The notes under the pieces were generated by a model. It had not been told where the DNA came from and did not search any database. It was given only the letters and a program-made list of their open reading frames with translations. DNA of 62,925 nucleotides from an uncultured Sphingobacteriales bacterium (GTDB lineage: Bacteria > Bacteroidota > Bacteroidia > CAILMK01 > CAYYUA01): positions 31,823 through 94,747 of the forward strand of contig CAZJWK010000002.1 of the NCBI GenBank assembly GCA_964549595.1. The letters run 5' to 3'. Below, one piece after another: positions 21,487 through 31,182 of the stretch (positions within the stretch are counted from its first letter, which is position 1; every line of letters starts with the position of its first letter). The position numbers were made by a program, and so were the translations under genes.

Positions 21487-22491
21487 TTAGATCACCTGGC
21501 CTAATTTATCCAGTAGTTCTGCCGTCCTTTTTGAATAACCACTTTCGTTGTCATACCAACCGATGATTTTTACGGTGTTGGCGACTTTATCAGTGAGTTT
21601 GGAATCGAAAATACAGGAATGGGTATTACCCAAAATATCACTGGAAACCAGTGGATCTTCTGAGTATTCTAAAATGCCCCTTAAATTGGTCTCAGCGGCT
21701 TCCCGGAATGCGTTATTAATAGCCTCAATGCTTAAATCTTTTTCTAATGTACAAGAAAAATCTGTAGTTGAGCCGGCTATCACAGGTACCCGGTAAGCCA
21801 GTGCGGAAAGTTTCCCTTCAAGATGCGGGAGTACTTTTGTTGTTGCATTGGCAGCACCAGTAGAAGTGGGTATGATGTTTTGGGCTGCAGCCCTTGCCCT
21901 TCTTATATCCTTATGGGGGCCATCCTGTAAACTTTGATCTGCCGTATACGCATGAATGGTAGACATCATGCCTTCCTTGATACCCCCCACATCATCCAGG
22001 ATTTTAACCATAGGGGCAAAGCAATTCGTGGTGCAAGAGGCGTTTGATACGATGCTATTGTCATGGGCGATAATGTCGTCATTGACCCCCTGTACTACAG
22101 TAGGAATGTCTTTGCTTTTTGCCGGTGCGGATAATACAACCTTTTGCGCTCCGGCATCTATGTGTTTCTGCGCATCTTCTTTTTTAAGAAATTTACCGGT
22201 AGATTCCAGCACCACATCGACCTCGTAATCTTTCCACGGAAGCTCTGCCGGGTCCTTAATGGCTGTAACCACTACTTCCTTTCCCGCTATGTTCAAACTG
22301 TTTTCCCTGGCTTCTACACTTTTTCCGAATTGCCCCTGGGCAGTATCAAACCTGAGAAGGTGAGCAAGGGTGGCATTGTCTGTCAGGTCATTAATAGCTA
22401 CGATTTCAATATTGGGATTTTCCCATAAGTATCTAAAAGTGAGCCTACCGATACGTCCGAAACCATTAATTCCTACTTTAGTTGTCGCCAT
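21487..22491 (-). CDS. gap: type I glyceraldehyde-3-phosphate dehydrogenase
   Basis: GINGFGRIGR, SNASCTTNC, IIPTSTGAA, WYDNE.GY. Confidence 0.97.
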   Translation of the reverse strand: MATTKVGINGFGRIGRLTFRYLWENPNIEIVAINDLTDNATLAHLLRFDTAQGQFGKSVEARENSLNIAGKEVVVTAIKDPAELPWKDYEVDVVLESTGKFLKKEDAQKHIDAGAQKVVLSAPAKSKDIPTVVQGVNDDIIAHDNSIVSNASCTTNCFAPMVKILDDVGGIKEGMMSTIHAYTADQSLQDGPHKDIRRARAAAQNIIPTSTGAANATTKVLPHLEGKLSALAYRVPVIAGSTTDFSCTLEKDLSIEAINNAFREAAETNLRGILEYSEDPLVSSDILGNTHSCIFDSKLTDKVANTVKIIGWYDNESGYSKRTAELLDKLGQVI

Positions 22492-22522
22492 GGTTGAAAT
22501 ATTTTTGCGTTGTTTATTAGTG

Positions 22523-22580
22523 CAAAGTTAATTAAAAATTGGCTGGGTTTTTTGAAAATTAAGAAATCAAATTACCTTTG
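22523..22580. promoter_or_regulatory. divergent promoters for gap (-) and tRNA-Glu (+)
   Basis: TAACTTTG on minus strand (22523-30); TACCTTTG on plus strand (22573-80) with TTTG at 22551-54. Confidence 0.65.
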
Positions 22581-22632
22581 CACCCGTTAATCGGAAGCAT
22601 TTTTGATTAAAGATTCTTTTGAATTCCCATCT

Positions 22633-22707
22633 GGCCCGTTCGTCTAAAGGTTAGGACGCCAGGTTTTCAACCTGGAAATAGGGGTTCAATTCCCCTACGG
22701 GCTACCA
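22633..22707 (+). tRNA. tRNA-Glu (anticodon TTC), CCA encoded
   Basis: Acceptor GGCCCGT/ACGGGCT; anticodon arm CCAGG-TTTTCAA-CCTGG; T arm AGGGG-TTCAATT-CCCCT; ends ACCA. Confidence 0.97.
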
Positions 22708-22718
22708 TCAATATCATT

Positions 22719-22754
22719 AAGCCCTTGTTTTGCAGCAATTTACAAGGGTTTTTT
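22719..22754 (+). terminator. tRNA terminator-like hairpin (may also be an att-flank palindrome)
   Basis: CCCTTGT-N13-ACAAGGG followed by T6. Confidence 0.6.
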
Positions 22755-22759
22755 GTTTT

Positions 22760-22781
22760 TAGGGGACGGCATAGGGGACGG
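22760..22781. repeat. 10-bp direct repeat, 12-bp period (integrase arm-site-like)
   Basis: TAGGGGACGG-CA-TAGGGGACGG about 50 nt after the tRNA 3' end. Confidence 0.7.
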
Positions 22782-23023
22782 TTTTTCAAAATTACTACGT
22801 TTCTTTAGCCTTACCCTTATTTCGATTCATCTTTCCTGGAAAAATTCGATAACTGCTTTACCCTTACCGGAAACATTATCTCCACGTTTTTCTTACCATT
22901 CCCTGGAGTTTCCTTAAAAATTATCCTCGGCTAATTGTATAATTAGCACTGGCAGGGATTCTGTAGGCCAACAAGGTGCAATCCCGCTTTTTTCAGAATT
23001 TCAGGAAATTTCTTCAAAAAATT

Positions 23024-23086
23024 AGGTGTGCCACGAGTTTCTTTATTCCATTGGTTACTTCTTGCCCTGATAATCGTGGCACACCT
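23024..23086. repeat. perfect 13-bp inverted repeat with 37-nt spacer
   Basis: AGGTGTGCCACGA (23024-36) / TCGTGGCACACCT (23074-86). Confidence 0.8.
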
Positions 23087-23263
23087 GAGTAAACTGACCA
23101 GCCAAAACTACCACCAAAAGAAAATTTCCAGCCATCCTCGAATTTCGACTGGATTTTGGGGAAACTCCAGTACCATTCCAAATTTTTGAAAAGCAATAGA
23201 ATTATTTCATTTGATAGAAAAAAATGGGATTGTTCAAAAAAGTGTGTCATTTGATCCACCCAA

Positions 23264-23292
23264 CCCCCCGAAGGCTTTAAGCCGAAGGGAGG
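23264..23292. repeat. REP-like hairpin with symmetric GAA/GAA internal loop
   Basis: CCCCCC-GAA-GGC-TTTAA-GCC-GAA-GGGAGG. Confidence 0.5.
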
Positions 23293-23599
23293 CTGGACGT
23301 GTGTTGCTCTTTATTCGAGGTACTTTTCATACCGCTCTCCAAATTGCTCTTTTTGTTAAAAAATTTTCTGTCCCAATATTGTCCCATTCTATTTATCCTG
23401 AATATGTTCCTTTCCTAATTATGCAATATCAGAAAATCTCAAGCCGGTTTGGCAGGACAAGTAAAAAATATCCCAGGCCTTCTCAACCCTTTTATGATTG
23501 TTTAGGTCTAATTCATAAAGCCTTTGTAGCTCCTCGTTATTCAGGTAGATAACTTCTTTTTCAACATCCCTTGTTTTAAATTCTTAAAGATACTAAATT

Positions 23600-24010
23600 T
23601 TAATCCAAAAAACGTCCTTGTAAATCCGGAGTTGGTACCATGCAAGATTCCCTTTTTCCGAACCACTGATACCGGTAACGGGCAATAACGTCATAAAATA
23701 AGTCTCTTATGAATGGAGGGATCAATATGAGAGGGAAAATTAATTTTAGGGATCCGCCTAATATTTTGGCAATCTTGAGTACTGCGGTTGATTTAACAAA
23801 AACTTCATCATTGTGAACCAAAATAAGGGAATCAATATTTTGTTGAATGGTTTCTGGAATCACTTCTTTGGCATAATGGGAATTTAATGGCGCCAATAAA
23901 AAGATTCCCCTGGGATCCTGGTTTATGATCCATTGAACGGCTTTATTGCAGAGGTTACAATAACCATCAAAGAAAATAACAGGTTGGTTATTTCGTTTTT
24001 TTATGTTCAT
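23600..24010 (-). CDS. DCC1/YuxK-family thiol-disulfide oxidoreductase
   Basis: FFDGYCNLC (DxxCxxC), RD.FYD.IA.YRY.WFG. Confidence 0.9.
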   Translation of the reverse strand: MNIKKRNNQPVIFFDGYCNLCNKAVQWIINQDPRGIFLLAPLNSHYAKEVIPETIQQNIDSLILVHNDEVFVKSTAVLKIAKILGGSLKLIFPLILIPPFIRDLFYDVIARYRYQWFGKRESCMVPTPDLQGRFLD

Positions 24011-24105
24011 AAAAACTTTGATTAATCAAATTTGTTTATCTAAAGTCATTCAGTTTTAGGCAACGGATCCAAAAAGCCTTTGACCACGTAAAATGAAATT
24101 ACCCC

Positions 24106-26451
24106 ATGATTAAAAACCTGATCTTTTCCCTGATTTTAATGGGCTCCTTTTGTCCTTCCAATGCCCAACAAACTTATACATTAAGTGGTTACATCAAGGA
24201 TAAAGAGACCGGTGAAAACCTGAGTGATGCGAATATAAAGATTAAAAGTAGTGGGGAGGGTACCGTAAGTAACGATTACGGGTTTTATTCTATTAGCCTT
24301 CCAAAAGGGGATTATGAAGTATTATATTCTTATGTTGGTTATTCAGTGGAGAAGAAAACCATTACCCTCAATGAGGATAAGCGGTTGAATATTTCATTAG
24401 CCCCCAAAGCCATAAGTGGTGAAACCGTTGAAATAAAAGGTGAAAAACCGGATGCTAATGTTGAAAATGTAGAGATAGGTTCTGAATCTTTAGAGATCGA
24501 AAAGGTTGAGAAAATGCCCGCTTTAATGGGGGAAGTGGATATTTTGAAAACCCTTCAGCTTTTGCCGGGTGTTCAATCAGCCGGAGAAGGCAGTTCAGGA
24601 TTTCGTGTCAGAGGCGGTGGCCCCAATCAAAACCTGGTATTGCTGGATGAAGCAGTGGTTTACAATACCGGTCATTTGTTTGGTTTCTTTTCAGTGTTTA
24701 ATTCGGACGCCATCAATAATACCAAGCTTTTAAAAGGGGGAATACCCGCTAAATATGGTGGCCGGCTTTCTTCAGTGGTGGATGTTTCAATGAAGGAGGG
24801 TAACACCAAGGAATTCAAAGCAGAAGGGGGCGTAGGATTAATATCTTCTAAACTCACTATGGAGGGTCCTATTGATGAAGGGAATGGTTCTTTCATGGTT
24901 TCCGGTAGGCGAACGTATATTGATGTGTTAACCAAGCCTTTTATTCGGGGAACTGAGTTTGAAGGAAATTCCTACTATTTCTATGATTTGAATGCAAAAG
25001 CCAATTACCGTTTTTCGGATAAAGACCGGGTATTTCTAAGCGGCTATTTTGGCAGGGACGTTTTCGAATTCAATAGCAGTTCCAGCGATTTTGGGGTTAA
25101 TATGCCCTGGGGTAATGCCACGGCTACCCTTCGGTGGAATCATCTTTTTAGTGATAAATTATTTATGAATGCTTCTGCTGTCTATAATGAATACGATTTT
25201 GAGATAGGATTAAACCAGGAAAACTGGGATTTTAGTTTGTTTTCGGGGATTAAGGATTGGAATTTTAAAACGGATTTTACCTGGTATCCGGGCCCTAAAC
25301 ACACTGTAAAATTCGGATCTAATTATACTTATCATACTTTTATACCAAGTACGGCATCCGGTGAGTCCAGTGAAGGGGTTGAAATCCAGACAGACCAGGT
25401 AAAAAGGAAATTTGCCCATGAGGGGGCTTTATATATACAGGACGAATTCGAACTATCCGAAAAATGGCGGCTAAATGGAGGGTTGAGGTTTTCTGTTTTT
25501 CACCAGGTTGGTCCTTACAGATATTACAAAGATGGCGAGCTGATTAAAAAATATTCGGATGGGGAAGGGGTTAAAACGTACACAGGTTTTGAACCGAGAA
25601 TTAAAGCTCGCTACAAGATTAATGAGAAATCTTCCTTAAAAGCCTCATTTTCCCGGACTAAGCAATACATTCATTTGGTCTCGAATTCAGGAACCACGTT
25701 ACCTACTGATGTTTGGGTACCCAGCACCAAAAATGTAAAGCCGGAAAAAGCCAATCAATATTCAGGCGGGTATTTCCGTAATTTTAATGATAACATGTTC
25801 GAAACTTCCCTCCAGGTTTATTACAGGAAAATGGACAACCAAATAGAATATGGCAATGGCTATCAACCTGAGTTAGGCCGCCAGTTGGAAAGGGATTTCG
25901 TTTATGGGTTAGGAGAATCATTCGGGGCTGAACTCTATGTGAAGAAACGGAAAGGGGATTTTACCGGATGGATTAGTTACACCTTGTCTAAAACCACCCG
26001 CTTTTTTGAGGATTTAAGGACTGAAGTTTTCCCTTCCCAATACGACCGCAGGCATGATTTATCAGTGGTCGGTAATTATGAAATCGGTGACAGATGGACC
26101 ATAAGCACCACCTTTGTTTACGGTACCGGTCAGGCTACCACTATTCCTATCAGGCGAACATTAATCGAAGGCAGTGTACATAATTTCTATGGTAAAAGAA
26201 ATAATTATCGCCTGGAACCTTATCACCGGCTTGATCTATCTGTCACTTTAGGGCCCAAAAACCCTGAAGAGAAAAAATTTCACTCATCTTGGGTTTTTTC
26301 CGTTTACAATGTTTACAATAAGAAGAATCCTTTTTTTCTATACTTTGAAAATGAAGGAAACTTGCTGGCTGGTTCATTGAATACCCAGGCCAAGAAAGTC
26401 TCTTTGTTCCCTATATTGCCATCGATAAGGTGGAATTTCAAATTCAATTAA
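24106..26451 (+). CDS. TonB-dependent receptor with N-terminal carboxypeptidase-regulatory-like domain
   Basis: Signal peptide; SNDYGFYSI, GEVDILKTLQLLPGV, VRGG...N, YGGRLSSV, YHRLDLS; aromatic-alternating C-terminus. Confidence 0.9.
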   Translation: MIKNLIFSLILMGSFCPSNAQQTYTLSGYIKDKETGENLSDANIKIKSSGEGTVSNDYGFYSISLPKGDYEVLYSYVGYSVEKKTITLNEDKRLNISLAPKAISGETVEIKGEKPDANVENVEIGSESLEIEKVEKMPALMGEVDILKTLQLLPGVQSAGEGSSGFRVRGGGPNQNLVLLDEAVVYNTGHLFGFFSVFNSDAINNTKLLKGGIPAKYGGRLSSVVDVSMKEGNTKEFKAEGGVGLISSKLTMEGPIDEGNGSFMVSGRRTYIDVLTKPFIRGTEFEGNSYYFYDLNAKANYRFSDKDRVFLSGYFGRDVFEFNSSSSDFGVNMPWGNATATLRWNHLFSDKLFMNASAVYNEYDFEIGLNQENWDFSLFSGIKDWNFKTDFTWYPGPKHTVKFGSNYTYHTFIPSTASGESSEGVEIQTDQVKRKFAHEGALYIQDEFELSEKWRLNGGLRFSVFHQVGPYRYYKDGELIKKYSDGEGVKTYTGFEPRIKARYKINEKSSLKASFSRTKQYIHLVSNSGTTLPTDVWVPSTKNVKPEKANQYSGGYFRNFNDNMFETSLQVYYRKMDNQIEYGNGYQPELGRQLERDFVYGLGESFGAELYVKKRKGDFTGWISYTLSKTTRFFEDLRTEVFPSQYDRRHDLSVVGNYEIGDRWTISTTFVYGTGQATTIPIRRTLIEGSVHNFYGKRNNYRLEPYHRLDLSVTLGPKNPEEKKFHSSWVFSVYNVYNKKNPFFLYFENEGNLLAGSLNTQAKKVSLFPILPSIRWNFKFN

Positions 26452-26467
26452 AAGACTGCCCTGTGCT

Positions 26468-27433
26468 ATGAAAGTCAATTTGAAACCTAAAGCATTGTTT
26501 AAATTTCCTGTTTTTGCCTTTGCTTTTATTTTTATCGCCATTGGTTGCGAGGAAGATGTAACGGTTGATTTACCAAAAGGAGATGAGCATTTGGTCATTG
26601 AAAGCCATATTGAAAACGGGGCCCCTCCCTATGCCATTCTTACAAGGGATCAGGCTTATTTTACCCAAATAAACCAGGAAACGTTAAATGATTTGTTCAT
26701 CCGGAATGTGGATACATTTTGGATAACAGATTATCAAGATACCATGGCCCTGCAAAAAATCAACCCAAGGGATTTGCCTCCAGACCTGGAAAATGAATTT
26801 CTGGATGCGTTCAGGGTTGGTGAGTCGGAATTTAGGAGAGGCTTGGATTTAGTAATTTATTTGCCCGATTTTTCCAGTGGTAATGTCATTAGAGGATCAG
26901 AAGGGGGAGAATATAAGCTATATGTAAAAACTCCCAATCATGAAGCTTCTGCCACAACCACCATAACAGAAAGGGCGAAACTGGATTCTGTGTATTATAA
27001 GCCGGATGGCCCCGAAAACAAATATGCACAGGTTTTTATTAAGGTAGATGATCCAAAGGGTAAACCTTCATTTTATCGCTACCTCACCAAGAGAAATTCA
27101 GAACCCTTTTACGCCCCTTTATCCGGCTCTGTAGCCACTGATGAGGCCGTTGACGGAACCGTATTCAATTTCCCAATAAACAGGGCCTATCCCAGGACAG
27201 GAACAACCCCTTCCAATGAAACCTTTGGCCTTTTCAAAAAAGGGGATACGGTAGTGGTGAAATTTTGTGCCCTTGACCGGGAGCACTACAAATTTTGGAG
27301 TACTTTGGAGGAAGACCTTAGAAATCAGGGCAATCCTTTTGGCTCCCCAACAATAATACAAAATAATATTAATGGAGGTTTAGGGATTTTTGGCGGATAT
27401 TCCTGTGATTACGATACGGTGGTAATACGCTAA
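26468..27433 (+). CDS. DUF4249-family lipoprotein (TonB receptor partner)
   Basis: Lipobox AIGC followed by EEDV; C-terminal NINGGLGIFGGY; directly after the receptor. Confidence 0.75.
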   Translation: MKVNLKPKALFKFPVFAFAFIFIAIGCEEDVTVDLPKGDEHLVIESHIENGAPPYAILTRDQAYFTQINQETLNDLFIRNVDTFWITDYQDTMALQKINPRDLPPDLENEFLDAFRVGESEFRRGLDLVIYLPDFSSGNVIRGSEGGEYKLYVKTPNHEASATTTITERAKLDSVYYKPDGPENKYAQVFIKVDDPKGKPSFYRYLTKRNSEPFYAPLSGSVATDEAVDGTVFNFPINRAYPRTGTTPSNETFGLFKKGDTVVVKFCALDREHYKFWSTLEEDLRNQGNPFGSPTIIQNNINGGLGIFGGYSCDYDTVVIR

Positions 27434-27444
27434 TAAGGCTATTA

Positions 27445-27891
27445 TTAACGTTTTTCTTTGAAAAATTTCTGAATAAAAGCGCGGCAATCTTCTTCTTCGA
27501 CACCAGAGGTTATCTGAGTATTAGGATGAAGGATATTTGGCTCATACTTAGTGAAACCCTTCTTATCATCGAGGGCACCAAAAATTAATCCTTCAATCTG
27601 GGCCCAGGCCAAAGCCCCTGCGCACATAGCACAAGGCTCAATGGTTACGAATATCCGGCAATGGTTCAAATATTTACTGCCTAAATATTCCGTTGCTGAA
27701 GTGAGGGCGATCATTTCTGCATGGGCTGTCACATCCTGTAATTGTTCCGTCATGTTGTACCCTTTGGCTATTACTTTCCTGTTGCTCACTATTACAGCCC
27801 CAATGGGGATTTCTCCTTTTTCATAGGCCATTCGGGCCATTTTCAGGGCTTCTTTCATGTAATGTTCATCGGAAAATACACTAAAAGTCAT
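27445..27891 (-). CDS. tadA: TadA-like nucleoside/tRNA adenosine deaminase
   Basis: GEIPIGAVIV, TAHAE, EPCAMC zinc motif. Confidence 0.8.
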   Translation of the reverse strand: MTFSVFSDEHYMKEALKMARMAYEKGEIPIGAVIVSNRKVIAKGYNMTEQLQDVTAHAEMIALTSATEYLGSKYLNHCRIFVTIEPCAMCAGALAWAQIEGLIFGALDDKKGFTKYEPNILHPNTQITSGVEEEDCRAFIQKFFKEKR

Positions 27892-28136
27892 CAAGGGCCG
27901 GTTTTGAGTCGAAATATAATGGTGTTGTGGAAAATTCCTTTAAACAATGAAAAAAATCCTTCTCATCAGAGATCAATCTGACCGGCCACTTTGGGGTAAG
28001 GGTGGTCAAAGGATTAGCGGATTTTAAGGCATGATTTTTTCATTGCTGATCCACAGTTCAGTGAACCTTGATATTTTGTAAAATCTGGAACGCTGGTGAA
28101 AATGAAGGTTGTTATCACCCAATAAAAAGCCATTTT

Positions 28137-30548
28137 ATGCTAAACCGGTTGTTTTTACCCTTTTTAGCCTTCCTTTTAGGCATTTTGGGGACCTTAGACG
28201 CTCAAATCCTCAAACCCGTTGAATGGAATTATGAAGTGGAAAAGAAGGGGCCAAAATTGTATGAGCTCCGTTTAATTGCAAATATTGACTCCGGTTGGCA
28301 TATTTACGGCCAGGAAATTGACGGGGAAGGGCCTATTCCCACTTCATTTAAATTTCAAAAGGAAGAAAATTTCAAACTCATTGGAAAAGTAAAGCCCCTC
28401 ACCAAAGGTAAATTTAAGCATGACAAAATGTACGGGGCTAAATTTACCACATTCAGTGGTAAAACCATTTTTGCTCAAAAGGTAGAAATAAAAGACGAAG
28501 GGCAAGTTGACCGTATTAGCGGTGAGCTTACTTTCATGACCTGTAAAGAGGACAAATGCTTAAGCCCTACCACCAAGAATTTTACCTTCAATTTAAATGA
28601 AGCACAGAGAAATGAAGAAAAAGGTGCTAACACCAATAAATCGGGAGGGGGTTGGCAAAGCGTGTCCAAGGATGAAGGGTCTGAGCCTTCCAAAACGGAA
28701 GATCAAAAAAACCAGATACTGGATCCGGTGAATTGGAACTATAAATTGGAACATGTTCAAGACAATGTCTTTGAATTAAGTTTGAAAGCAAATATTGATA
28801 AAGGTTGGCGTATCTATGGCAGGGATTTAGATGAGGGTGGCCCTGAAGCCACGAGTTTTGATTTTAAAGAAGATGATCAGGATTTAACCATTAAGGGCAA
28901 AACGGAACCTGTTACCGAGCCTGTTACTAAATATGACTCGGTTTTTCAGATGGAACTTACCTATTTTGAGGAGTCAGCCCATTTTGCTCAAAAGATTAAA
29001 TTATTGGATAAAGTCAAAAGTTTTGACGCCAAAGTCAGATTCATGGCTTGTGACGATTCCCGCTGCTTACCGCCAAAGAACAAAACCGTGGAAATAACCT
29101 TGAGCGAAGACCAAATCGCTGAGGTTAAGCAACTTGAATCTGCCGATAAGGGTAGTGATCAAAAAACGATGTGGGGCATATTCATAGCCGGCTTTGCTGG
29201 TGGCTTATTGGCTTTTTTGACGCCTTGTGTTTTTCCGATGGTTCCACTCACTGTAAGCTTTTTTACGAAGAGCAGCGGGAATAAAAGCAAAGGCGTTTTG
29301 AATGCCATAGTTTATGGCTTGTCCATTATCCTTATATATGTGTTATTGGGTTTCTTGGTCACCAAATTATTTGGCTCCAGTGCTTTGAATCAATTAGCCA
29401 GTAATATTTGGTTCAACCTGGCTTTCTTTTTTATATTCATTCTTTTTGCCATTTCATTTTTCGGGGCATTTGAAATCACATTGCCCAGCTCGTGGGTAAA
29501 CCGATCGGACCGGGTTGCCGATAGAGGAGGGTTTGTAGGCATATTTTTCATGGCTTTCACCTTAGGCTTGGTCTCATTTTCCTGCACAGGCCCTATCATT
29601 GGTACTTTGTTGGTACAAGCTGCTGTTGTTGGGAGTAATACAGGACCCCTTATTGGGATGTTTGGCTTTTCTCTTGCGTTAGCCCTTCCTTTTACCATTT
29701 TTGCTGCTTTTCCGGGATGGCTTAACTCAATGCCCAAATCCGGGGGTTGGCTAAACACCGTTAAGGTGGTTTTAGGCTTTCTGGAATTGGGGTTAGCACT
29801 GAAGTTTCTCTCTAATGTCGACATGGCTTATAGTTGGGGTATATTACCACGTGAGGTTTTCCTGGGTGTTTGGATTCTCATAGGACTTGGGTTGATAGCC
29901 TATTTAGTTGGACTGATAAAATTCCCGCATGATAGTCCGGGTAAAAAATTAACGTTTCCCAGACTCGGCTTATCACTTGTTGTATTACTTTTCGTAGGGT
30001 ATTTGGCCAGAGGTATGGGTGGTCAGCCATTGCAACTATTAAGCGGTTTCCCACCTCCCACATTTTATTCAGTTTGGGAAAGTAAAAATTGTCCCCAGGA
30101 TTTTAACTGCTTTCACGATTATGATAAAGGTTTGGCGTATGCAAAAAAAGTTAACAAGCCCATAATGCTGGATTTTACGGGCTGGTCGTGTGTGAATTGC
30201 CGGAAGATGGAGGAGAATGTATGGGTTGATCCGGAAATTAAAAAACTTATTGGCGATAGGTATGTGCTGGTTTCCCTTTATGTGGATGAAAAAGAAAAAC
30301 TACCGGAAAGTGAGCGGTACGTTTCAGATTTTAGTGGAAAGAAAATAAATACGGTGGGTAAGAAATGGAGCGATTTTCAGGCCAGTAGATTTAAGGCCAA
30401 TTCCCAACCCTACTACGTTTTACTGAATACTGAAGAACAAAAGTTAATTGAGCCGAAAGGCTATACGCCTAATCCCGAGGAATACGAAAAATTCCTGAAA
30501 AAAGGCTTAAAAGAATTCAAAGAACAAAATAAGCAGGCCTTTCGGTAG
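28137..30548 (+). CDS. dsbD: thiol:disulfide interchange protein DsbD with two N-terminal domains
   Basis: Signal peptide from MLNRLF; two repeats PV.W...GW.IY...C-X4-CL.P; TM TPCVFP and SCTGP; C-terminal thioredoxin WSCVNC. Confidence 0.9.
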   Translation: MLNRLFLPFLAFLLGILGTLDAQILKPVEWNYEVEKKGPKLYELRLIANIDSGWHIYGQEIDGEGPIPTSFKFQKEENFKLIGKVKPLTKGKFKHDKMYGAKFTTFSGKTIFAQKVEIKDEGQVDRISGELTFMTCKEDKCLSPTTKNFTFNLNEAQRNEEKGANTNKSGGGWQSVSKDEGSEPSKTEDQKNQILDPVNWNYKLEHVQDNVFELSLKANIDKGWRIYGRDLDEGGPEATSFDFKEDDQDLTIKGKTEPVTEPVTKYDSVFQMELTYFEESAHFAQKIKLLDKVKSFDAKVRFMACDDSRCLPPKNKTVEITLSEDQIAEVKQLESADKGSDQKTMWGIFIAGFAGGLLAFLTPCVFPMVPLTVSFFTKSSGNKSKGVLNAIVYGLSIILIYVLLGFLVTKLFGSSALNQLASNIWFNLAFFFIFILFAISFFGAFEITLPSSWVNRSDRVADRGGFVGIFFMAFTLGLVSFSCTGPIIGTLLVQAAVVGSNTGPLIGMFGFSLALALPFTIFAAFPGWLNSMPKSGGWLNTVKVVLGFLELGLALKFLSNVDMAYSWGILPREVFLGVWILIGLGLIAYLVGLIKFPHDSPGKKLTFPRLGLSLVVLLFVGYLARGMGGQPLQLLSGFPPPTFYSVWESKNCPQDFNCFHDYDKGLAYAKKVNKPIMLDFTGWSCVNCRKMEENVWVDPEIKKLIGDRYVLVSLYVDEKEKLPESERYVSDFSGKKINTVGKKWSDFQASRFKANSQPYYVLLNTEEQKLIEPKGYTPNPEEYEKFLKKGLKEFKEQNKQAFR

Positions 30549-30561
30549 AAAACTGTAATTT

Positions 30562-31146
30562 ATGGAAATAGCCCGTAAACACCTTGAAGAGGCCCAGGAT
30601 TTGCTTAATTGGTTCCTGGCCGAGGAAAGTAACATTCAAACCATTGAGGAAGGCGGCAAACTTTTGGCTCAAGCTTTAAAAAGCGGGAATAAAGTACTAT
30701 CCTGTGGAAACGGGGGATCGATGAGTGATTCCATGCATTTTGCTGAGGAATTAGTGGGTAAATTCCGGGATGAACGAAAAGCATTACCGGCAATTGCACT
30801 GGGTGCTGATCCCTCCTATACCAGTTGTATTTCCAATGATTTTGGTTATGAATACGCCTTTTCCAGGGGAGTAGAAGCTTTTGGCCAGGAAGGGGATGTG
30901 TTAATGGGCATTTCCACAAGTGGTAATTCGGGTAATGTACTTAAAGCCGTAGATGCAGCCAGAGAAAAGGGCATGCATGTCATTGGATTAACCGGAAAGG
31001 ATGGAGGTAAAATGGCCGGAAAAAGTGATGTGGAAATCCGTGTTCCTCATTTTGGTTATGCAGACCGCATTCAGGAAATCCACATCAAGGTCATTCACGT
31101 TTTTATAGATTTTGTGGAAAAGGAACTTGGGCTTTCCCAATCTTAG
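30562..31146 (+). CDS. gmhA: D-sedoheptulose 7-phosphate isomerase
   Basis: CGNGGS, NDFGY, ISTSGNS, RIQEIH. Confidence 0.95.
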   Translation: MEIARKHLEEAQDLLNWFLAEESNIQTIEEGGKLLAQALKSGNKVLSCGNGGSMSDSMHFAEELVGKFRDERKALPAIALGADPSYTSCISNDFGYEYAFSRGVEAFGQEGDVLMGISTSGNSGNVLKAVDAAREKGMHVIGLTGKDGGKMAGKSDVEIRVPHFGYADRIQEIHIKVIHVFIDFVEKELGLSQS

Positions 31147-31182
31147 TAATCTGAATAAAGGCCTTTTTAGTCGAACACTGGC

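Noticed and set aside
23014-23552. ORFs 23014-23259 (-) and 23211-23552 (+) as real genes
   Set aside because: No recognisable motif, atypical composition, and they run through the repeat and hairpin elements; likely chance ORFs.
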